From NCBI GenBank assembly GCA_943356775.1, contig CALRFU010000006.1, positions 1-50,497 on the forward strand: DNA of 50,497 bases, in the 5' to 3' direction. Made by a program: the position numbers and the translations under genes. Below are positions 45,855 to 50,497 of the stretch, piece after piece. Source of the stretch: Candidatus Nomurabacteria bacterium. GTDB taxonomy: Bacteria > Patescibacteriota > Minisyncoccia > Phycocordibacterales > UBA2100. How positions within the stretch are numbered: the first letter of the stretch is position 1; every line of letters starts with the position of its first letter. The notes under the pieces are model-generated. The model saw nothing but the letters and a program-made list of their open reading frames with translations. It was not told the DNA's origin and did not search any database.

Positions 45855-45964
45855 CGTGCGAATCCTTCTGTGTGATGGTTGGGGACACTGTCTTGCCAAG
45901 GCTAATGAGACCCGGCCAGACTGATACCCCCAACCCAGCTGATAGTCAAAGAACGAAAGAACAA

Positions 45965-45990
45965 AAAAACCCTCCGAGCGGAGGGTTTTT
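45965..45990. terminator. Bidirectional intrinsic terminator
   Basis: AAAAACCCTCCG-AG-CGGAGGGTTTTT. Confidence 0.85.
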
Positions 45991-46084
45991 GTCTGAATAT
46001 CTTTTTGAAAGTTATGCAGGCAAAACTCCTCCGCGACGGGGGGTCATCATTGCCATCATCATTGCAAATCGCTTCTGCATATTC

Positions 46085-46684
46085 CTACTGTAGCGGACTA
46101 TGGGACTTCGTCAAGCTGCGCCGACGGAGCACGAGGAGAAAGACCAGCGCAAGATTAGACGCAACGAGAAACACCGGAAAGAGCGCGGTCGTCGGGGTAA
46201 AGAGGGTGAGCGCGAAAAGGCTGACGGTGTATTTGGCGGCGGAGAAGACGAAGAGGCTCATCGTCTCTTCGTGCGGCCTCAGGTATGCCTTTCTGAATGT
46301 CGGGGCGAAAGCGAGGGTATCCGTACTGGTCACTATAATGACTGCAGTAAAGGGGTCATCCGTTATTCTCCACAAAACGATACCGAGAATTGCTCCCCCA
46401 AAACAAAACCAATCGAACGTGGTTATATCTCTGTCGCCTTTTGAAAGCGAAAGCACGGCGATACCGAAGACCGCGACCGCGCTTACGCCGTTGACCCACG
46501 CGCCCGCTCCCCCACCCGTCACGAGCTGCGCGAAAAAGGTGATGCCGAGGATCAAAGCAAAAGCGAACCACGAGAAGGGGTGCGGCTTTGTCGCACCACG
46601 CATGATGTCGCGATAGTACGGGATGTAACTGACAAGACCGATTAGGACAGCGGCAATCCCGAGAATGGTTTTGTACTCTATCAT
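46085..46684 (-). CDS. Multi-pass membrane protein, possibly PQ-loop-like
   Basis: About six TM helices; YIPYYRDIMRGATKPHPFSW and PTFRKAYLRPHEE repeats. Confidence 0.65.
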   Translation of the reverse strand: MIEYKTILGIAAVLIGLVSYIPYYRDIMRGATKPHPFSWFAFALILGITFFAQLVTGGGAGAWVNGVSAVAVFGIAVLSLSKGDRDITTFDWFCFGGAILGIVLWRITDDPFTAVIIVTSTDTLAFAPTFRKAYLRPHEETMSLFVFSAAKYTVSLFALTLFTPTTALFPVFLVASNLALVFLLVLRRRSLTKSHSPLQ

Positions 46685-46711
46685 GATTTCAATTGGCGAC
46701 GACGGGTACGA

Positions 46712-47266
46712 TTACGATTTTCTACGCGTGTGGAGAACGGCTGCAATGGTTGCAAACAGCAAAGCGACTGTCGGGAAGAAGCTTTGAGACAGGGTCCATG
46801 AACCGCCGCCAAATATATTTGTCGCGGCGGCGAACATGCCGATCCACCAGTTGAAGGACTGCGCCCGCTCAGGGTGCTGATACGCGTTTACGAGGGTGGG
46901 GATTCCGGCTATGCAATATTTCCCGAGAGTAAGACTTATCAGACCGACTAGTGGTCCGGCGATATACCACAGACCGAGACAGACGAATGCGATACCGACA
47001 CACACCGTTTCAATAGTCCCCCATTTCCATGCACCCCTAAAAAAGAGTGCGGCTGTGACGAGAGTGGCTCCGACAGCATACCCCACGGCAAGAAATGGTG
47101 CCGGCGCACCTCCTGCGAGAGACGCCGCAAGTACGGCGATGTCGATAATAGACCACAGCAGCCATGTGGCGATATTGAGATGCATCGTGCCCCTCCATAC
47201 TCCCCATATCCATACGAAATGTGAGGCCAGAGCCACGATGCCGCCGATTACTGCGAGGGTGTACAT
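46712..47266 (-). CDS. Multi-pass membrane protein, paralogue of 46085..46684
   Basis: WGVWRGTMHLNIATW and PTLVNAYQHPERA align with the neighbour by eye. Confidence 0.65.
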   Translation of the reverse strand: MYTLAVIGGIVALASHFVWIWGVWRGTMHLNIATWLLWSIIDIAVLAASLAGGAPAPFLAVGYAVGATLVTAALFFRGAWKWGTIETVCVGIAFVCLGLWYIAGPLVGLISLTLGKYCIAGIPTLVNAYQHPERAQSFNWWIGMFAAATNIFGGGSWTLSQSFFPTVALLFATIAAVLHTRRKS

Positions 47267-47279
47267 ACTGAACTGATGT

Positions 47280-48287
47280 TTAATTAATCTCTATATCGAT
47301 GTGCCGTATGCCCGGATGGAGCTTGCGGATGCGCGCTTCGATTTCGTCTATTTTCTTGCCCATGAGACGCGGTATGCGGTCGGCATAATCGACGCAAAAC
47401 CGTTTGAACGCCTCATAATCGTCCCGGACTTCTTCAAACTGGTCGCTGAGCGAAGATTGCTGGAAAGCTTCACCGAAGAGCGCCGCCCCGTTGAATTCCA
47501 CGTCGCACTTAATACGGTACACGCCGAATCCCAGCACGACGGATTTGAAATCAATCACCTTTTCTATTGCCGGCTCGCGCAAGAGAAGCTCCTCTATCTC
47601 TTCCTGCAGGCTTTCTGGGATGGCGCGTCCCAAGAGATACGAGCGGTTCTTTATGATAAGCACGACGGCGACCACGCCGAGAAGCGTCGCGATGATAACG
47701 GAGCCTGCCGCGTCCCACAGAGGAGAGCCCGTATAGTACGAGAGAACGATGCTCACGGTTGCAATGAACACTCCGGTGACGGCGACCGCATCCTCGAGGA
47801 ATACGGCAAGTGTGGAGGGGTCGGCTTGCGCAAGCCGCCGCGCCCAGCGCATTCGCGGAAACATCTTTTTCAATTGAGTCGCGGCGACCCACAGGGTGTA
47901 TGACTCTATTGCGAACGCCACAATAAGCACAACAAAAACAATCCACGATATTTCTACCGGATGCGGATGCAGGAACGACTTGATGCCGTGATATGCCGTT
48001 ACCCCCGCGCCGACGAAAAATATTCCACAGGCTGAAATGAGCGCCCAAAAAGAAAGTTCGTTACCATAGCCATATTCAAAATCCTCATCGGCTTTTTTGA
48101 GCGAGCGACGCAAGCCGATAAGAAGCAGTATTTGATTCGCGGTGTCTGCGAGGCTGTGAATTGCCTCCGAGAACATGGAGCTTGAGCCGGACACCGCAGC
48201 AGCAAAGAACTTAATGATGGTAACGACCGTATTGCCGACGACCGCCGCCGCGACCGGTTTGAAGCTCAAAGTACTGTTGAGTGCCAT
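47280..48287 (-). CDS. Cation diffusion facilitator, ZnT9-like subfamily
   Basis: GSSSMFSEAIHSLADTANQ, YGYG, FLEDAVAVTG, and C-terminal IDEIEARIRKLHPGIRHIDIE; start trimmed to ATG 48287 because the longer ORF runs through tRNA-Ser. Confidence 0.88.
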   Translation of the reverse strand: MALNSTLSFKPVAAAVVGNTVVTIIKFFAAAVSGSSSMFSEAIHSLADTANQILLLIGLRRSLKKADEDFEYGYGNELSFWALISACGIFFVGAGVTAYHGIKSFLHPHPVEISWIVFVVLIVAFAIESYTLWVAATQLKKMFPRMRWARRLAQADPSTLAVFLEDAVAVTGVFIATVSIVLSYYTGSPLWDAAGSVIIATLLGVVAVVLIIKNRSYLLGRAIPESLQEEIEELLLREPAIEKVIDFKSVVLGFGVYRIKCDVEFNGAALFGEAFQQSSLSDQFEEVRDDYEAFKRFCVDYADRIPRLMGKKIDEIEARIRKLHPGIRHIDIEIN

Positions 48288-48290
48288 ATG

Positions 48291-48375
48291 CGGAGAGGGA
48301 GAGATTCGAACTCTCGATACCTTGCGGTATGCCGGTTTTCGAAACCGGTGCTTTCGACCACTCAGCCACCTCTCC
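48291..48375 (-). tRNA. tRNA-Ser(CGA)
   Basis: GGAGAGG/CCTCTCC acceptor with G discriminator, CCGGT-TT-CGA-AA-ACCGG, long variable arm. Confidence 0.95.
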
Positions 48376-48592
48376 TTATGGACGAGCCTTGCGGCCCGCC
48401 CCCTCGGAAGGTCGCAATAGCGGTCCCTCCGGCGGAGCAGTGCATCGCACCACTCCCGCAGCGTTCGGAATGAATGCCGCAACGATCTGACTCAAGACAA
48501 AATAGCACACTTTCGATTAGGCAGAAAATGCGCTAAACTATTGACGATTCCCAAGCTCAAGGGGCCTGCCCTGCGAAGCCTTGGCGAAGCAG

Positions 48593-48664
48593 GGCCCTAT
48601 CGTCTAACGGTTAGGACACATGCTTTTCAAGCATGGAACCCGGGTTCGATTCCCGGTAGGGTCA
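48593..48664 (+). tRNA. tRNA-Glu(TTC)
   Basis: GGCCCTA/TAGGGTC acceptor, CATGC-TT-TTC-AA-GCATG, CCGGG-TTCGATT-CCCGG. Confidence 0.95.
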
Positions 48665-50178
48665 CAAAATAGAACTTCGTCCAAAGAAAGAGCGGAACGC
48701 ACGCTCGCTTGGGGCGAGCGTGCGTGCATTTTGCCGCGGAGTGCCGCGGCGTATTCGGTCGGCGGCGGAATTCTGAAATGCATGGATTTGCTTTCAATAC
48801 TGGGGTTCGTTCCGACTTTCCGCACGAAATCGGAGATTTCGTGCAAGTTGTCGGACGAACTCAAAACCATGGCCTGTTTCGTATCCAAAACCCACTCCCG
48901 CAGGGGTTCGACCCAATTCTTTCGTCCGCGCTCAAAATCTTTCTTTTTCTCTTGCAAAGCGACGAGAGAGCGCATGAGCGCGTCTTTGCGCTTCAGATAA
49001 TTTTCTTTCGGTATATCGCCGTCGAGGTACGTTGAAACCAATTTGTCCATGCGCTCCTCGCTCGCTTTGATTTCTGAAGAAAGATTTTGTATCTCGCTTC
49101 CCGACGCGGTGGTTTCCTCGCGCTCCCACTCATCCACTTTGTTCAACATCCAGCCGGTGTATGTATCGGGAAGCGAGATAGTTTGAAGCCGTTCCTTGAT
49201 TTGACTTGCGAGCAAGTCTTCGCGCAAGTATTTGGCACCACAGTTGCCTTTCTTTTTCGTGCAACGGTAGTAGCGATATCTGCCACCCGACTTTCCTGTA
49301 GCCCACTGTGCAGTAAACATGCTCCCACATTCGGTGCAACGAAAAAGATTAGCGAAAGGAAAATCGTGCGTACCGCGTACCTTGCGACGCTTCTCCTTGC
49401 TCGCAAGGATTTTTTGAACGGCTTCAAACTGGCGCGGGGAAAGAATTGGCGCGAAGCTTCCGGGAAAATATTCGTCGTAGTGTTTTGTGAATCCGAGATA
49501 GGCGCGATTGGTGAGAATCCTTTTCACGGAAGCTTTGCCAAGTCGCGTCCCGGCCTTAGTAGCGATACCGAGGTCTTTCAGAAACTGTGCCATTGATACG
49601 AGCGTGTAGCTCCCTTTGGCGTATTCGTCGAACGCGTGAGCGATGATGCGCGACTTCACCACATCCGGTTCGATATTGCGCGTGCGCGGATTATTTACGT
49701 ACCCGAACGGCGCGCGAGTAAGCCACTCGCCACGGCGCAGTTTCTGGCGCATACCGCGGCGCGTGTTTTCGGCAAGATTGTCGGAATAATATTTGCTTTG
49801 GCCGAACGCCACTTGAAGCATAAAGAGCCCCTGCGGGGTGGGTTCAAACCAAAATGTCGGAAAACGCAAAGACACAATTTTGGAAGTGTCTACGGCGTAA
49901 ATGATGCGCCCACCGTCAATGCTATTTCGCGCGAGGCGATCGGGGTGCCACGCGATTATTCCGTTCGCCTCTCCGCGCTCAAGGCGCATTATCATTTCGC
50001 CGAACACTTCGCGCCCCGGTGTCTTTGCGCTTTTCGACTCTTGAAATTCTTTCAGAATTTCAAGATTTTCTCTGCTCGCAAATTCGCGTAGTTCGACAAG
50101 TTGAGCGGGAATACTCATTACCTGTTTGTCGTCAGGTTCGGTACTTTTGCGAGCGTAGAGAAAATATTTGTGCGCCAT
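48604..50178 (-). CDS. Large serine recombinase (catalytic, recombinase, zinc-ribbon and coiled-coil domains)
   Basis: YFLYARKSTE (catalytic Ser), DRLARN, APFGY, CTECG...YYRC...C. Likely start is ATG 50178 (524 aa). The stop lies antisense inside tRNA-Glu. Confidence 0.93.
   Translation of the reverse strand: MAHKYFLYARKSTEPDDKQVMSIPAQLVELREFASRENLEILKEFQESKSAKTPGREVFGEMIMRLERGEANGIIAWHPDRLARNSIDGGRIIYAVDTSKIVSLRFPTFWFEPTPQGLFMLQVAFGQSKYYSDNLAENTRRGMRQKLRRGEWLTRAPFGYVNNPRTRNIEPDVVKSRIIAHAFDEYAKGSYTLVSMAQFLKDLGIATKAGTRLGKASVKRILTNRAYLGFTKHYDEYFPGSFAPILSPRQFEAVQKILASKEKRRKVRGTHDFPFANLFRCTECGSMFTAQWATGKSGGRYRYYRCTKKKGNCGAKYLREDLLASQIKERLQTISLPDTYTGWMLNKVDEWEREETTASGSEIQNLSSEIKASEERMDKLVSTYLDGDIPKENYLKRKDALMRSLVALQEKKKDFERGRKNWVEPLREWVLDTKQAMVLSSSDNLHEISDFVRKVGTNPSIESKSMHFRIPPPTEYAAALRGKMHARSPQASVRSALSLDEVLFCDPTGNRTRVPCLKSMCPNR
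48662..48791 (+). repeat. Left 130-bp inverted repeat
   Basis: Reverse complement of 50225..50354 with one mismatch; includes the last 3 nt of tRNA-Glu and the recombinase 3' region. Confidence 0.95.
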
Positions 50179-50211
50179 ACTTTTGCATGATAGCACTTGC
50201 AAAAGTATGGC
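50174..50211. promoter_or_regulatory. Perfect 14-bp palindrome covering the recombinase start codon and putative -10 box
   Basis: GCCATACTTTTGCA-10 nt-TGCAAAAGTATGGC; minus-strand TATCAT lies upstream of the ATG. Confidence 0.75.
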
Positions 50212-50224
50212 TCGATATTCGGGT

Positions 50225-50354
50225 GCAAATCCATGCATTTCAGAATTCCGCCGCCGACCGAATACGCCGCGGTACTCCGCGGCAAAATGCACGCACGCTC
50301 GCCCCAAGCGAGCGTGCGTTCCGCTCTTTCTTTGGACGAAGTTCTATTTTGTGA
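50225..50354 (-). repeat. Right 130-bp inverted repeat
   Basis: GCAAATCCATGCATTTC...GTTCTATTTTGTGA, 129/130 identical to the left copy. Confidence 0.95.
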
Positions 50355-50497
50355 GGATATTCTAACCTTTGCGCGAACCCACTATGAATCGCAATGAGGA
50401 TGCGCACGCGCCGCGTGCGCTGTAATGCGAGCCAGCGAATTACGCCCCGATTGCGCTGGAACGCTGAACGCCGCCACCGCGCCAAAGCGCGGTACAC

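Larger units (their letters stand above)
48662..50354. mobile_element. 1,693-bp IR-bounded single-gene serine recombinase element at tRNA-Glu
   Basis: Recombinase between long inverted repeats, abutting a tRNA 3' end, no cargo gene between the repeats. Confidence 0.7.

Noticed and set aside
45877-45945. TPP riboswitch resemblance on the plus strand (TGAGA...ATACCC...CTGAT)
   Set aside because: The pyrophosphate-binding half is missing, and no gene follows in that direction before the terminator.
48288-48482. 65-aa extension of the CDF ORF
   Set aside because: It simply reads through tRNA-Ser and its leader; CDF homology starts at ATG 48287.
50179-50307. 43-aa N-terminal extension of the recombinase
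   Set aside because: It is translation of the right inverted repeat; the catalytic YARxS motif follows ATG 50178 at the usual distance.
1-50497. CRISPR array, rRNA, prophage, IS/TnpB or diversity-generating retroelement
   Set aside because: No regularly spaced repeat-spacer units, rRNA signatures, phage structural genes, DDE/HUH transposase or reverse transcriptase were seen.
1-50497. Alternative genetic code (UGA as Gly or Trp)
   Set aside because: Long conserved genes are open under code 11, TGA ends genes at expected positions (for example the dus/dnaX ATGA overlap), and tRNA-Trp has a CCA anticodon.

Overview
A 50.5-kb chromosomal segment of a Patescibacteria (CPR) bacterium, most likely Parcubacteria. 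The taxonomic call is an inference from the short IF-2, the VirB2-like pilin array, tRNA genes lacking CCA, the near absence of Shine-Dalgarno sites and TGA used as a stop. It is mostly housekeeping: dnaX (partial), dus, ftsQ, serS, dprA, topA, a Rel/SpoT homologue, parB, murE, miaA, rpmG, clpB, a cysteine desulfurase, infB, rbfA, gyrA, rpsA, pth, lepB, a bS21-like gene, ybeY, ftsA, ftsZ, trxB, pyrE and pyrF, plus nine intact tRNA genes. The most striking feature is at the right end. A large serine recombinase gene is flanked by 130-bp inverted repeats (129/130 identical) and is anchored on the 3' end of tRNA-Glu. Its ORF reads antisense through the tRNA, while the distal repeat encodes an alternative in-frame C-terminus. 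Other notable signals are: (1) short structured elements after four tRNAs that duplicate the tRNA 3' end from the T-loop, two of them sharing an identical 62-bp core; (2) an intact tRNA-Leu nested inside the two halves of another tRNA-Leu; (3) one short repeat family inserted in frame into topA, iscS and infB; (4) widespread -10 boxes 6-9 nt before start codons, suggesting leaderless mRNAs; (5) several apparently degenerate enzymes. All calls were made by eye without database searches, so novelty is not established.
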